This document shows positions 13,425-27,247 of a stretch of DNA of 64,000 nucleotides, in pieces. Position 1 is the first letter of the stretch, and every line of letters starts with the position of its first letter. The stretch is from Haliotis rufescens (lineage: Eukaryota). A program made the translations under genes and the position numbers. The DNA lies in contig NW_025963868.1 in NCBI RefSeq assembly GCF_023055435.1, positions 21,576,001 to 21,640,000 of the forward strand. Direction: 5' to 3'. The notes beneath the pieces are model-generated. The model worked only from the letters and a program-made list of their open reading frames with translations. It searched no databases and was not told the origin of the DNA.

Positions 13425-13625
13425 TCATAAAAAAGGCTAATCAGTTTTATTTATTGATTCAATCATAACTAATAGGCTAATTAGTTTAATTTATTGATTC
13501 AATCATGAATGAAAGGCTAATCAGTTTTATTTATTGATTATATCATAACTAAAAGGCTAATTAGTTTAATTTATTGATTCAATCATGAATGAAAGGCTAA
13601 TTAGTTTTATTGATTCAATGATGAA
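13425..13625. repeat. AT-rich ~40-bp minisatellite (~5 units)
   Basis: aaaggctaattagttttatttattgattcaatcat repeated. Confidence 0.9.
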
Positions 13626-13653
13626 CAACAGTATTGTAATGAATATAATTAAC

Positions 13654-14160
13654 CATCTTACCTGAGGAAAGGGAGTTAACTGACTGTAAAAGAACAGTTT
13701 CCACCCTTTCTGAACTAAGCTGGAATTTCTGTGCTCGATCACAACTATGAGTTATGTCCCTTCTGTGTCCCTCCTATCGACCAATCAGATTCTACCTCTC
13801 ATATTACTTGCATTTGTTCAAACAAAATGGTGGTGCCCAGTCAAGACAATCCAATTGATAATTAAAATCTATATTGTGATAAAACAGGTCTTACTTCGGG
13901 AAGTGCATCAAATCACATGAGCACCTTGATTGAAAACATGAAAAGATGTGCAAAATATTTGTTGACGCAGAGGAGGCAGTACACATGCTTTCCAAATTCT
14001 GCAATCCACAGAAATCTGCACAGCAGTTTACAAACCAGGTGTTGATGTCATTACGCGATTTTGATTGGACCAGCTAAAATATAACTCCATAATTCCTGCC
14101 TAGTTCGGCAAGGATGGAAACTGGACTTCAGTTAACTGCCTTCCCTCGGGAAGAAGATCA
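13654..14160. mobile_element. TIR element (catcttacctgaggaaagggagttaactga... termini)
   Basis: Imperfect inverted repeat at ~14113-14159; the same terminus also occurs at ~11625. Confidence 0.6.
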
Positions 14161-14559
14161 AAACCAGGTATTGATAGTATTATGCTTTCTGATAGGCATC
14201 AGACACATTTAAATTTTGATTGTTGATAAATACTTTGAATCAATAATGCAACTTTGATAATGATTCTGTATCTCTGTTTGATGCTCAACACATTATTTTG
14301 AACTTTTTTGTCATTTGTTTCTGTTTCTCCTGGCAGCCATGTTGTATTATATCTAAGGATGCATATAATGTGTTCTATTTTGGGTACTGACCAAAGTTAT
14401 CCTTGATTAACACTGGTTAACTTGGGTTGTAACTGGTTAACTCAGGTTGAAACTAGTCAACTATGTCTGCCAGACCTACAGTAACCTCAGCTGACTCAGG
14501 TCACTCAAGTTTAAGCAATCAAAGCACATGGTGATATCATAGTTGCTTCAATGATAGGT

Positions 14560-14892
14560 AGATAATTGCACAGGGCACTCTCAAAATTAGAAATGGGGGG
14601 CTCTTATTAGAAAATAATTTTGGTGAAAAAACAGAGCTGAAAGATAAATTTTGTGGTTTATGGTGACAGCCTGAAAAGTTTATGTACGACAAATATATTT
14701 TTCCAGAATTTGATTGCCCATAATTAAGGGTGCATATAACACACGAGTGCATATTATAAGTGAATAAATAAGTCTTGTGTACATTGATCAATCAGAACAG
14801 GTGCTAATTTGGATTGTTCACTCGCCAATATATTAGCAAATATCCCCCTGGGCGCTTATTAGAGCGGGGCGCTTATTACGTCGAATACGGTA
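14560..14892. mobile_element. Tc1/mariner-like MITE (CCGTATT family)
   Basis: Ends gcgcttattacgtcgaatacggta; inverted relative to 43605-43963. Confidence 0.8.
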
Positions 14893-15849
14893 GACTGGTT
14901 CCCTGCCTAAGGTATAACTGCAAGTGTAGGATTATATGGATTTATCTAGGATTCCACACTAAGTGTCCTTGGCAGGCAAATTGGGGGAAAACTCATTATT
15001 TCATTTAAAATTGGGATTTTTTACAGTTATTTCTTTCTTACATCCAAAGGTATTTTAGCAATGCATGGAATTCAATAATATAAAACTAAGAATTAAAGCA
15101 TCTGCCTCTACCTTGCACTACTGGAACAATTTTAAGTCCAATTTGGAACACTTCACTGACATTTGCTGCAGATTTGGGGCCAAATATCGGCCTCTAGGCA
15201 GGCCCAGATAAATCCCTGGATTTGTGGACAAGCACATCAGCAGTAAAGAAAACCTCTTGCATCTGTAGGCAGCTTGGGTTGTATACTCCCCAGGGAGTTG
15301 AGAATGATAACTAGAATGCAAACAGATCCACTGGTTTGGGAACAAGTAACACAGTTGAGAAGATACAAAGTACCCTGATAAATGTGGTACATAAACATAC
15401 AATAAAAAAAGCCATCTCTGCGTGGGTTAACAATAAATGCTAACGAGTTATATGATTTATCCGGATCCACCCAACTTTAAACTCTGGCAGGTACTTTGTG
15501 CAATTTGGTATTTTGTCAACATGTTGTTTAGAATATTTCGACAGTTTGTTTAAATGCTGGTTTCAGATTGGACTTACATTCTGAAACTCTCAAACGAACC
15601 CATCTTACAGAAATATTCTTACAGAAACCCCAGTGGTTGAGTTGGCTGACAGTACAAAATGGATACCAGACTTCTACTACTATTCCAACCAGCAGACAGT
15701 ACAGACTCAATTCCAGATGACTCGTGTAAACCTTACTGCACTCGTCCTCAGAGTTTGAAGCTAGTCCTGCTTGAAGGAGAAAAAATTATTGACTTTGTTA
15801 CCATTTTTTATCCGTTTTATTCAGATCCAATTTGTAGCAGCATTTATTT

Positions 15850-16105
15850 CTTTGTTTGTTGCTTAATGCTGGACTCATCAACATTCCAGCTATATGACGG
15901 CCGTCTGTAAATAATAAGAGTCTGGACCAGACAATCCAGTGATTGACTTCATTAGCATCGATCCACGCAATTTGAATACGATGACATGCATCAACCAAGT
16001 CAGCTAGCCTGACCACCCGATCCTGTTAGTCGCCTCTGACAACAAGCATAGTCACCTGTTACGTCAAGCATGTCAAGACCTATTCTACCCTGGATCTTCA
16101 AGGAT
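15850..16105 (-). mobile_element. SINE-A copy
   Basis: Family consensus in reverse. Confidence 0.85.
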
Positions 16106-16788
16106 CGTAGCAAAATTTAAGCAGTTTCAGAGTTATAGCCCTCAAATTTTACTCATCAATGAGGACTACCATCATTGGATTTAACTTGTCCTCAGCACGA
16201 CTTAGACGTCTTGAGCAGGCAGACCAGTGTGAATTTCAAAAACTGCATCATGTCACCTACCTCATTTGAGAATATTGCACAAGTCTTAAGTGACGATTGG
16301 CAACAAATATTCTTCAAAGTGATTTGAATTTTTATCTAAGATATACCAAAACTCTAAAGTAATTGTCTGATGTATAAGGAGCCTGAACGCCCACAATGCA
16401 TCTCCTGTTCCTGTAGAACATGTGGCGATGTGCGAGACGACATGTGAGGTGACAGCTGACTGGATCAACAACCGGCCATTATCGATGACACCACCTACTT
16501 ATTTAATAGACACGAAAAGAGATGTCTCAGGTGTGGGGATTGAAAACTGTAGGGATTTAGAATCTGGGATTCCAAACTAAGTGCCCATGGCAGGCAAATA
16601 TGGAATGATCATTCTTTTGGTCAGAATTGGGACTTATTCAGTTATTATTTTTATAAAATTCAGAATTACTTTAGCACTGACGTTTAACATTGTATTCAAT
16701 GCAATAATGTTCAACAAAACATTCAAGCTCCTTCCTCAGTATTGGATCTGTAGTCGGGGAACTGCAAGTCACCTCTGCAAAGCCATAA

Positions 16789-16986
16789 TACCATATTTGA
16801 TAATAAGCGCCTAGGGCGCTCTCAAAATTAGAAATATGGAATATTATTTTTGTGAAAAAAACAGAGTTGAAAGATCTTTAATCAAACGGAAGGGGTGCTA
16901 ATTAGGATTGTTTACTAGCCAATATGTTAGCAATTATCACCGTGGGCGCTTATTAGAGCGGGGCGCTAATTACGGCAAGTACGGTA
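16789..16986. mobile_element. Internally deleted CCGTATT-family MITE
   Basis: Both TIRs present (taccatatttgataataagcgcc / ggcgctaattacggcaagtacggta). Confidence 0.75.
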
Positions 16987-17281
16987 TTAGTAATAACTAT
17001 AACAACATGAAATGGGGAATGTTAAAACCTAATTTGGGAAGTTTGACTGACGTTTGTTGCAGACTTGGGGCCAAATATTGGCCTTTAAGCAGGTCTTGAG
17101 AAGACCCTGAAGTACAACAGATGTTTCGTACATCCAACAAAGCAGTTGATGGATATTTAGTTACACATTACGTCTGCGATGTGTGCATCCTACAATGAAC
17201 TGGATGTAATGATTCAAACAGCCACGTGTTTCTTGACTCGAAGGGCTTGGTTTTTTTTCATCCATATGATTGAATGTGTAT

Positions 17282-17492
17282 GCTTGTTTTTTTACGCAGC
17301 TCTCAGCAATATGATGGCAGTCTGCAAAACATTGAGTCTGGACCGGAAAAGCTAGTGATTACATCATGAGCATTGATACAGACAATTGGGATATGATGAC
17401 ATGCAGTCATGAAGTCACTGAGGCTGACTACCCGATCCATTTAGTCGCTTCTTACGACATGCATAGGATGCTGGGGATGATTTCTACCCAGA
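17282..17492 (-). mobile_element. Diverged SINE-A copy
   Basis: gagtctggaccgga...catcatgagcattgat...tacccgatccatttagtcgc. Confidence 0.7.
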
Positions 17493-18994
17493 ATTAATGC
17501 GCGTGTATCATTTTCTGCATCATATTACAACTATCATAACCAGGATTATCATTTAGTCAAAAATAATGTGTGATTATAGTCAGGTTATTAGGATCATATG
17601 CAGGGATTCAATCAACTCGACCGACTCACAGGCCAATATTAGGCCTCTAAGTTCGCAGAAAATGTCACTACAAATTTTTCAAATTGAAATAAAAAATCCA
17701 AAATTCATGTATCATCAAATTAACTGATTTATACATTTACTGACATCAATACAATCAATTTAAAATCAGATCTCAGTAAGAACTAAGATCTGATATTACG
17801 GAGTTTCAGACCAAATGGTTGGTTGGTTTGTTGTTAAATGACGCACTCAGCAATATTCCAGCTATATGACGGCGTCTGTAAGTAATAATTTATGGCAATA
17901 TGGGTTGCTGAAGACCTATTCCTCCATGGAATCTTCACGGAGTCAATAAAGAGGAAGAGGCATAAAAACAGCTTTAGATTTTAGAAGATAACACTTAAAT
18001 AACATCTCCCTATTTTGAACAACATCATGATTTTTTTCCTCATTTACCTAAGGACCTTTGTTATGGTTCCTAGGTAAATCCCTGCATGTAAGTTTTCTAA
18101 AGATAATTACAACAAAAATTATAAAATTTACTAGAATGACAACAGAACGTTTGAATCCGCAGCAGTGTCCATCTTTTTATTTCTGGTAGCCATATAAAAC
18201 TCAAACTTATCCTGCAAATGAGAGTTAACTGGGAGTGTGGGGGATCTTAGAATTCTTCTTCTGTTTAACCAGTCTCAAGAGTGTTTTCCTAACGACTGAA
18301 CTCAATCATCAAAAGCAAAAAAACATTATTTCCATTCGAAGCAGGTTCGAAGCAGGATCTGGTCAATTTTCTCATTTCATTCAAGATCTGAAAACTTGGT
18401 GAATTCTTCCACAAGAAAAATTCTTCAATACACGAGAGACGCTCCCAGGTTACAGTCTCGAAAGTGGCGAGTTCTTAAAAAGTGCAGCTGAGGTGTATTC
18501 GAGCTGAAAATTAGGGACTGGGTATTTTGGTTACATTTAAGTCCGCAAAGACATCAACAGAAATGGATTTATAGATTTCTTTTGGAATTGTCAAAGATGG
18601 AGGCGACATTATTCTCCATGAAAACCTAAACAACAAATGCTGTAAACATGGCTGATTCTGTAAAAGATGAATCGCACATATAGAAGGGCTTATTGGCAAC
18701 TAAATTTTCAAATGCGAAGAATAAAATGACACTTGAGGAAGTTGATAAGATCCTTTGATTCTCCCAGTAAGACTGGAAGCAATTACTCTAAAGTCTTACT
18801 TTGATTTGGGATGAATTTCAACCCTTTCTTCTCAAACCTTGACATTTTGAATGCAATAGTTTTTTTGAGTGAGTGAACATATCAGGTTTGTGAACTTCAA
18901 TTTTCCAAGTCTACAGCAAATGTGAGAACAAATTCTCAAATTGAAATCATAAAATGTCCAATTCTTGTTGTTATGGTTTTAACAAATGCTACAG

Positions 18995-18998
<4 letters not shown>

Positions 18999-19040
<42 letters not shown>

Positions 19041-19200
19041 CTGCTTGTACTAGTCCAGACTGATGCCGATTTATAGTGCTAGCTCACTGAGATACCATGC
19101 CGCAGTTTAACATGACACAGTATACTGCCTCCGAGCTGACCAGTCCTTGTTTTAGCCCCTGAATCATCAGGCCGATAGTGTCGGCTGCTATTTGTAAACT
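18999..19200 (-). repeat. (GT)n microsatellite followed by SINE-D fragment
   Basis: GT run, then cactgagataccatgccgcagtttaacatga...cagtatactg..tccgagctgaccagtcctt, also present at ~2290-2365, ~26415 and 34430-34550. Confidence 0.75.
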
Positions 19201-19941
19201 TCCTGTCTGTCATGTCATGTGGCTGGCCATGTTGTGCATCTTTTTTTAACTTGGCTGTAATGGAGGGGCTCAAAATCATGTGACAGTAACAAGATGGCAC
19301 CTGATCGACTTGTCTCGCTGGGCAGGGCATTATCACTATAAAATTAACAAGACATGGTCATTTGACCATCCATGTGCTAACAGTGATAAATGTACTTCAA
19401 GGTAAGACCTAATTTAAGTGTATTAGGATTGTGATAAGACATGTAATCAGAAATACTTCTTCGGGGCTCAATAAGGGCTAGGACAAATGAAATAGCAAGA
19501 TGCTTTCATTATTATCTGTCAAACATGTAGGCTCATTTTCTTGATGTTTTGTTTAAAACTTAGCTGACGTCGCCAGTTTATTTTCTTGTATAAATGATGA
19601 ATTTCCTCCAACTCTTGCAAACATAAAGAAATTATTTCAAATTACCACATTGATTGAAAACACATTTTTTTAATTCATATTTTAGTTTGTGTTAACAATG
19701 TGATCAATACATTTAGCAAGGCTTATTTAAGGAGTCAACCATCAGGTCAGGAATATTTTTTTGTTACATGATTATCAAGAATATTGATCTGGACAAGCTG
19801 CATACCAAGATATCAACTTAGCCAAGCACGTTATCATGTGTACAACACACAGGTCACTAATCTGGTGAAGTTAAGAAAAGTCGGAGGTGGAGAAAAGTTG
19901 GCTCGGTGACCGTGTTAAGCAGATAGACTCCTGAGAGTTTC

Positions 19942-20203
19942 GTGAAGATCCGGTGTAGAATAGGTCTTCAGCAACTCATGCTTGTTGGAAAAGGCGACTA
20001 TGCTTGTCGTAAAAGGCGACTAACGGGATTGGGTGGTCAGGCTCGCTGACTTGGTTGATGCATGTCATCAATACCAATTGCGTGGATCGATGCTCATGAT
20101 ATCAATCACTGGATTGTCTGGTCCAGACTCGATTATTTACAGACTACCGTCATATAGCTGGAATATTGCTGAGTGCGGCGTAAAACAACAAACCAACCAA
20201 CCA
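19942..20203 (+). mobile_element. Full-length SINE-A
   Basis: 12-bp TSD cctgagagtttc (19930-19941 / 20204-20215); 3' end gctggaatattgctgagtgcggcgtaaaacaacaaaccaacc. Confidence 0.9.
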
Positions 20204-20977
20204 CCTGAGAGTTTCTAGGGCTTCGGTCCTGCCCCACATTGAAGCACAAGTAGCATATGTGGTGTCTCCTTAGACCTGGACTTTGTTCGAGATCTGCCTC
20301 TGTTCATCCACTCGTGAATGGGTAGGATGAGATGCTGATGTGACTGTTAACCTTCTAGAGCCTAACAGGCAGCTAGGGCTGTATACTCCCCAGGGAGCTG
20401 AGAAAAAAAATGAGTGCACACTGATCCAGTGACTGGGTAATAATGAGATCTATCATCATGATCATGGTCCAAGTGCATTTGATTCAGTTTGAGCAGCTTT
20501 AAATTGGAAAGTGTGAAACACAAATTTATAACATAATAATAATGTAATAATGATGCAATATAACCTAATTCCCTGACAACTAATGTTCGTTTCAAGGAGT
20601 CAACCATGTCAGTAGCTGTAATCTGATTGGGGTTGCTGTAAATAACAGTGAGCTGGTGGGACCGGCTCATCAAGTCCATATGCAGGCCTCAATTTTGTGT
20701 ATACTTTTGTCTACTGCCGATCCGATTTTTATATTTTGCGACCAATAAGTTTGTGTCAATTTCCTCTTGGTGCCTTGTATAAAATTGACTTTGGTTACTA
20801 GTAACATCTTGGTAAAGATTAAAACATGATAAAATAAAAAAACACACAGGTTTGTACAGGTTCCAAATGTTGTTACATGAGTTAGTGCCATCCTTTGAAC
20901 ATAATGAGCAGTGTTATGTATTCACCCTTTGCTGTTACTGGACATTTTCAAAACTTGGTTGAACAGTGTTCTGCGCA

Positions 20978-21232
20978 TGTTTGTTTCTTGTTTAACGCCG
21001 CACTCAGTAGTATTCCAGCTGTATGACGGTGGTCTGTAAATAATCAAGTCAGGACCAGACAATCCAGTGATTGACATCATGAGCATCAATCCATGCAATT
21101 GGGATACGATGACATGTATCAAACCAAGTCAGCGAGCCGGTCCACCCGATCCCGTTAGTCGTCTCTTACGAGAAGCATAGTCGCCTTTTAACACCTGTTG
21201 AAGACCTATTCTACCCCGGATCCTCACGGGTC
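20978..21232 (-). mobile_element. Full-length SINE-A
   Basis: Consensus in reverse; TSD-like gttctgcgc / gttctgctc. Confidence 0.88.
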
Positions 21233-21753
21233 GTTCTGCTCTTAATTATGTGACCATATTTCAAGACAACCAAGAACAAAGCTGCTGTTTCACACAGTTG
21301 GCGGCTGCCATAACTGCTTGATCAAAATATCTTTGGTTTTTTGTGTGTTATTTTACGCCTCACTCAGCATCATTCCAACTTCTGTAAACAAACTGACCAC
21401 ATGATTCACAGTATATATATTGCAGTATACAGGGTTCAAAATTAAAATCGCAATGGCACAAATAAAATAGGTTCCCAGTGCCTGAAGAGCTCACTTAATA
21501 ATGAACCTTGTGACAATGGTGGTTACATGTAGCCAGTGATCAATGTGCTTTCACACAAGTGACATGTGTAGTAAACATGACAAACACAGGGAGCACTATC
21601 AGCATGTGAACATGCTTAATGCACAAAATAATGTTGGGTATTATCGATCTCAATGAAGAAGGGAGCAATTTATCTCAAATATGGCTGCTTATTATCTAGC
21701 CTTGGTGAAATGACAGAAGTATTTTTCTAGTTAAGACACTTACATTCCAAAGG

Positions 21754-21990
21754 ACCTGTAGAGATCCGGGGTAGAGTAGGTCTTCAGCAACCCACGCTTG
21801 TCTTAAGAGGCGACTATACTTGTTGTAAGAGGCGACTAACAGGACTGGGTGGTCAGGCATCATATCCCAATTGTGAACATCGATGCTCATGAAGTCAATC
21901 ACTGGATTGTCTGGTCCAGACTCAATAGTTTTCAGACTGCCGTCATAATAGCTGGAATATTCCTGAGTGCGGCGTTAAACAACAAACAGA
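21754..21990 (+). mobile_element. SINE-A
   Basis: 12-bp TSD acattccaaagg. Confidence 0.88.
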
Positions 21991-22698
21991 ACATTCCAAA
22001 GGGCATATGCATTTTAGTCCTGTGTATTCTATAGTCTCTTAATATAAATATGCATTTGATAAGTTAATAATAAAAAAACATATCATTAACTATATCATCT
22101 ACATTGCTGCATTTTGACATGAAAATATAGAATATTGTTTTGTTTTGTGTACGTTGGTAATTTTAGCTAAAAAAATTCCTAAACAAACAAATCATCAAAT
22201 CCTTTTTCAAATCCAAGCACAAAATATTCTACTTTTGACAATCTACTCCTTTGATGCATACAAAACATATGATTTCACTTTTCAGTTGCCATGGATAATT
22301 TGCCATTCACAAAGTACACGTGTTCTGCATAATACCAGCAAGTATATACACCTGATAACAATAGTGTTAGACAATTTCATTAACAGGATTGTAGCTATAT
22401 ATACAAATCCATAAAATATGATGTCATATTCACAGAGCATCTGTCCACTGAGAATGTTCAAATGGCACATGAGAGCTGGTCCCCAATCAATACAGAAATT
22501 CCCCACTGAACATGCTGAATGGCGGAGCACTATTGATGACTTAGCGAGACCTAGCCCTCTTAGTCATCGTTCTCAGACAATCAAACCCGCATAAATATTG
22601 ATGTGACAGCCAACCGCTGAGCATGTGTGCACTCAACCATCCCCTCTGCTTCACCTAGGTAGACAGATATATAAACTGACAGATGGAGGAGTGAGTAG

Positions 22699-22807
22699 GG
22701 GAGACACCAGAAATGGGCTTCACACATTGTACCCATGTCAGGAATCGAACCCGTGTCTTTGGCGAGACGAGCGAACGCTTTAACCACTAGGCTACCCGAC
22801 CGCCCCG
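22699..22807 (-). mobile_element. SINE-B 5' part (tRNA-like head)
   Basis: Reverse reads ggggcggtcgggtagcctagtggttaaagcgttcgc...ggttcgattcc; flanked by acagatggagga repeats. Confidence 0.85.
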
Positions 22808-22974
22808 ACAGATGGAGGAATGGACAGATCAACAGACAAAGAGAGTCACAAAATCAATCACTGGTTAGTCAGGTCCAGAATTGATGATTTACTGGTCATT
22901 GTCTTAGAGTAGGAATATTGCTGAGTGCAGCATTAAACAGACTTTATCAAAGTCACACCTTACAGACAGAGAGA

Positions 22975-23347
22975 GTAAGTGAGTCAAGTTTTACTCCATC
23001 TTTTGTAATATTCCAGCAATATCACATCAAAAATGGGCTTCAGATGTGGGGAATCAAACCTGGGCTGTCAACTTGATGGGGGAATGTTTGCACCATTAGG
23101 CTGCCAGATCTATTGTGATGTGAGGAATCAAACCTGGGCTGTCAACTTGACGGGGGAATGTTTGCACCATTAGGCTGCCAGATCTATTCAGATGTGGGGA
23201 ATCAAACCTGGGCTGTCAACTTGACGGGGGAATGTTTGCACCATTAGGCTGCCAGATCTATTCAGGTTGTGAGGAATCAAACCTGGGCTGTCAACTTGAC
23301 GGGGGAATGTTTGCACCATTAGGCTGCCAGATCTATTCAGGTTGTGA
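22975..23347 (-). repeat. SINE-B whose tRNA-like head is tandemly repeated four times (74-75 bp unit)
   Basis: atcaaacctgggctg at 23053, 23127, 23201 and 23276. Confidence 0.85.
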
Positions 23348-24774
23348 GCCGGATGCAGATCTGTATTCATGATTAGTTTCAAAGATTTTGAGGTACAGTT
23401 AAGGTGTGAAATTTCTTGACAACTATATGTAACCATGGTAACACATACATATAAAAACAATGTTTTAAGAATTTGTTATCTTTTCAAAAGAGTTAACAAA
23501 AAGATTTCACAGAGAGCATTTATTCCCACCGGAACAAATACATTGTTTCATTCTAAAACTTATGCTTGCTTTCTTTCTCTCACTTCCTCTCACCACTTCA
23601 AATACATAAATAAAAAATTTAAAAGAACGTAGATTTTTATTGTAGCACCATAAACAATCCCTCTTTTAGGCACTTGACAGTTTCACAGGGTAGAACACGT
23701 GTGTGGAAGTTTCTGTATGACCGGAACACATGGCAGTGTGATAGGAACCAAGACTTGACATGATATGCACCTCCAAAGGAACAAATGTTGGTTGTAAAAG
23801 ATCTACCACAACTTATATACACACGGAACCGAATCTTGTTTACATCTGTGGTGTGTTGGACAGGGCATCTGCCTGGAGAAAGGCGTTAGTCCAGACCAGT
23901 ACAAGTAGCCAGAGACACAACTCAACTCCGACAGAGTCTTAGGCTAACATCCAGTCTCTGAAGGAACATATCTTACAGAAAATAACAGTTGTTAAATTAT
24001 AGTTATAACATATCATCAAAAGGGGCAAAGAGACTTTCTTCATTTTCAGAAATGATACTGCAGTAATCTAGATTTGCACAAATATTATAGATATGCATGG
24101 GCTTTGATGAATATATTTGTTCCAGGGTCTGTGTGACAATTTCTGTCCATACTTCAGAATTGGTCTCATAGCACTTCTATGAAGGGTTAATATGGTTTAT
24201 CACGGTTTTTGAAGAAAGTGATTTTATTAATAATTGATACTTTTTGTGACATATTAATTCTATACAATTCCGTCTTGTGGTGGAATACATAATCAAATAA
24301 CATAGGTGTCATCGTGGGGATTTAGCAATGCCTTTACAATCTTATCCAGCAAATTGGGCCTGGTAACACTCAATTTTGAAAGTGCTTCTGAACAAATTGA
24401 TGAAAGGTTTTAATAAAATGTAATTATTTTTGTGCTATTTGAATGGTGAACCATTTCAGGAAAAATAAATCACCAACAGAAGATTTCAATGACAAGTAAT
24501 GTTTAGGCAGGGATTTAAAACCGAAATAGGCATTTTTAAGAATACAATTATTTTATATTCTATAATTCTAACCGCACAAATTTATTGTGTTTCAGAATAA
24601 GTGCTCTAACAACTTCATGCAACATGCTGAGGAAATATTAGGATGTATCATACATATATAGTGATGAAATAGTGTATTTATCTGAAAAGAAGAATTAATA
24701 TCCTACTCGAGATAGACACACCAAAAATGGATCATGTGTCTTTTATTGCACCGCTCATCACACTTATAATAATA

Positions 24775-24809
<35 letters not shown>

Positions 24810-27072
24810 AAAAACAATTTGTCAGGTTGCTTGGTGTGAATAAACATGATATTTGACAAGACAATACAACTATCCCGAATATATTTATTTAGAAGATAAA
24901 CATGCTGTGTTAACAATGCAGAGCTAGGTAACTTGTAGACTTAACCATGCTAAACTGTACTGGGAACCAAACACACAGACCAGAAAGGACAACTATTTGT
25001 TAGTAAATATATAGATTGTAGGCAAAGATATTGGCACAGACTGAATGTTGTATAAATGAGTATAAAACAACTCAACAAGACTGACAAGCCCCCAAAACAC
25101 TTTCTGACAGTTCACTGACATGTTATGAATTGTTCAGCAACAACAATGGTCAGATACTTGTTCCCTGAGAACTAGTCATATAAACTGACAGGAAAAAATA
25201 CTTCAGTTGACAAGGTGGCATGAACAATTAGGACATAATTATATTGTGTTTTCAGTGTAGAGATTGGTTACCAGTAGATTTAACCATGCGAAACTGAATT
25301 TGGAACCGAACATGCTGTGTGAGGTTTCAAATGTTGAATTTAGCAAGAAGTGAGACGCAATCTAGAGCTTTCGAGCTTTCCATCTTTCAAAGACGGTGTA
25401 CGGAAGAAAGATGTTGGAAGCGGTGTTGAGCTTCCGAGCTTCCATAACAGATTTCGGAAGAGGGATGAGGGAAGCGGCAAAGAGCTGTCACGGTTTCCAT
25501 CTTTCAAAAATATAGTTTGAAAGATGATCTGTCAAGTGCTACCCGGACTCAGTCAGATCACTGGTACACTGTTCAGTCCTAATCAATACACAATGTGAAT
25601 GATAACATGAGAGTAAATACTCAATGGCTGAAAAAGATATTCAGAAACCATGGTAACGATGCACCGAACCTAACATACTTAAAAACAGTAACAGTGAATT
25701 AAGCTGCAGGTTTGAAAGAACCCATTCCAAACAATAAGGATTCTACATGAACATATTCTTATTCAGTATTGAGATTGATACTGCTTTGAGGGTGAATAAT
25801 TCAAGCTGATAGATCACATCTGAATTCAAACCAGCTTTGGCCTCTGTAATCATGGTAATATTCTCCTTACAACATTCCTTCTCATTATTAGTATTGAATC
25901 CCCAGTTTGAGACTTCTACATATTTTATTTCAACTTGGGAGTTACTGAATCATTTCCAGCTAGTCAGTTTAATTAGAAACCTGTAAATATGAAAATGAAA
26001 GAAAAGAATCTTGAAGAGGAAGTTTTTTTCTGCCGATATTCTCTGCAACATTGTATAAGCTAGGAACTCCCATTGACCAAACAAAAAAGACAAACAGCAG
26101 TGAGATATCACAGTGTGGTACTGTGAAATAAATAACAATGTGTATAAATAGTGATGTTTTACAGAGTAAAAGTACATGAATCATGGAATTTGTTAAAGTA
26201 TATTCATGTGAACATGTATGAGGAATATTAATATTAAATTTGAATTCTTATGAGGTTAATACCAGGTTATTTTCATAAATACTCTCGAACTAAAAGTTAT
26301 TACAAACATACAAACAAATAAATGTTCAATTTAATAATAAACATATCTTAAGTGAAACAGGAAAGTTATATGTTATTTTTTTATTTATGCATAATCTAGA
26401 GCTCATCCTACTTCAAGCTGACCAGTCCTTGCTTTATCTCCTTAATGCCAAATGCCAGGTAGGGCAACAATAAGTACCACCTTTTAACGTCTTTTGGTAT
26501 GGCCATTGGGGATTGAACCACCGACCGACTTCCTGGGCAGATACTCTCTCACAACATCAAATATTGACTACCCAAAGAAAACTATCAGTACCCCAAATTA
26601 CCAATATCAAAGCATGGGAGTGAATGCACAGTGGTTCTCAGTATCATATGGAGCCCTGGTACCTCATCCTTCTGCATCACCAGTGGAACTGAGACATGGG
26701 GATCAACTCTGCCGGAACAGGAGTAGGATCAGCTCCGTAGCATCCCTTAATTGGATCTGGATGTCTGGCTCTCTGACATGGATGACTTGGGTGTCGACTT
26801 GCATCGTTGGAACAATCAGGGATTTGTCTGGATTCCAAACTATAAGTGCCCTTGGCAGGAAAATTGGGAAAAGAAATATCCATTTTTTCAAAATTGGGAT
26901 TTTGTTGAAGTTTTATATTCTCAGTATTAAATTGCATTGAATGTAATCAATGAGCAAAGTTTTTCGGTCCTCTTAATTTATTGGTTCTGTGAACAGTGAT
27001 ATACAAATCACCTCTACAAAGTCAACACTGGATAGAATTCGCCATAACTATAAGTACATGATGTGGGAAAAT

Positions 27073-27247
27073 TGCTCAACAATAATCCAGCTATATGATG
27101 TCACTCTGTAAACAATCGAGTCTGGACCAGACAATCCAGTCATGAATATCATGAGCATCAATCTACGCAATTAGGATACAATGACATGCATCAACCAAGC
27201 CAGCAAGCCTGACCACCTGATCCTGACAGTAGCCTCTTACGACAAGC
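27073..27247 (-). mobile_element. SINE-A copy
   Basis: gagtctggaccagacaatccagt...gcctcttacgacaagc. Confidence 0.8.

Noticed and set aside
26494-26940. 148-aa ORF as a gene
   Set aside because: Begins in a SINE fragment and ends in a MITE fragment; no recognisable domain or splice signals.
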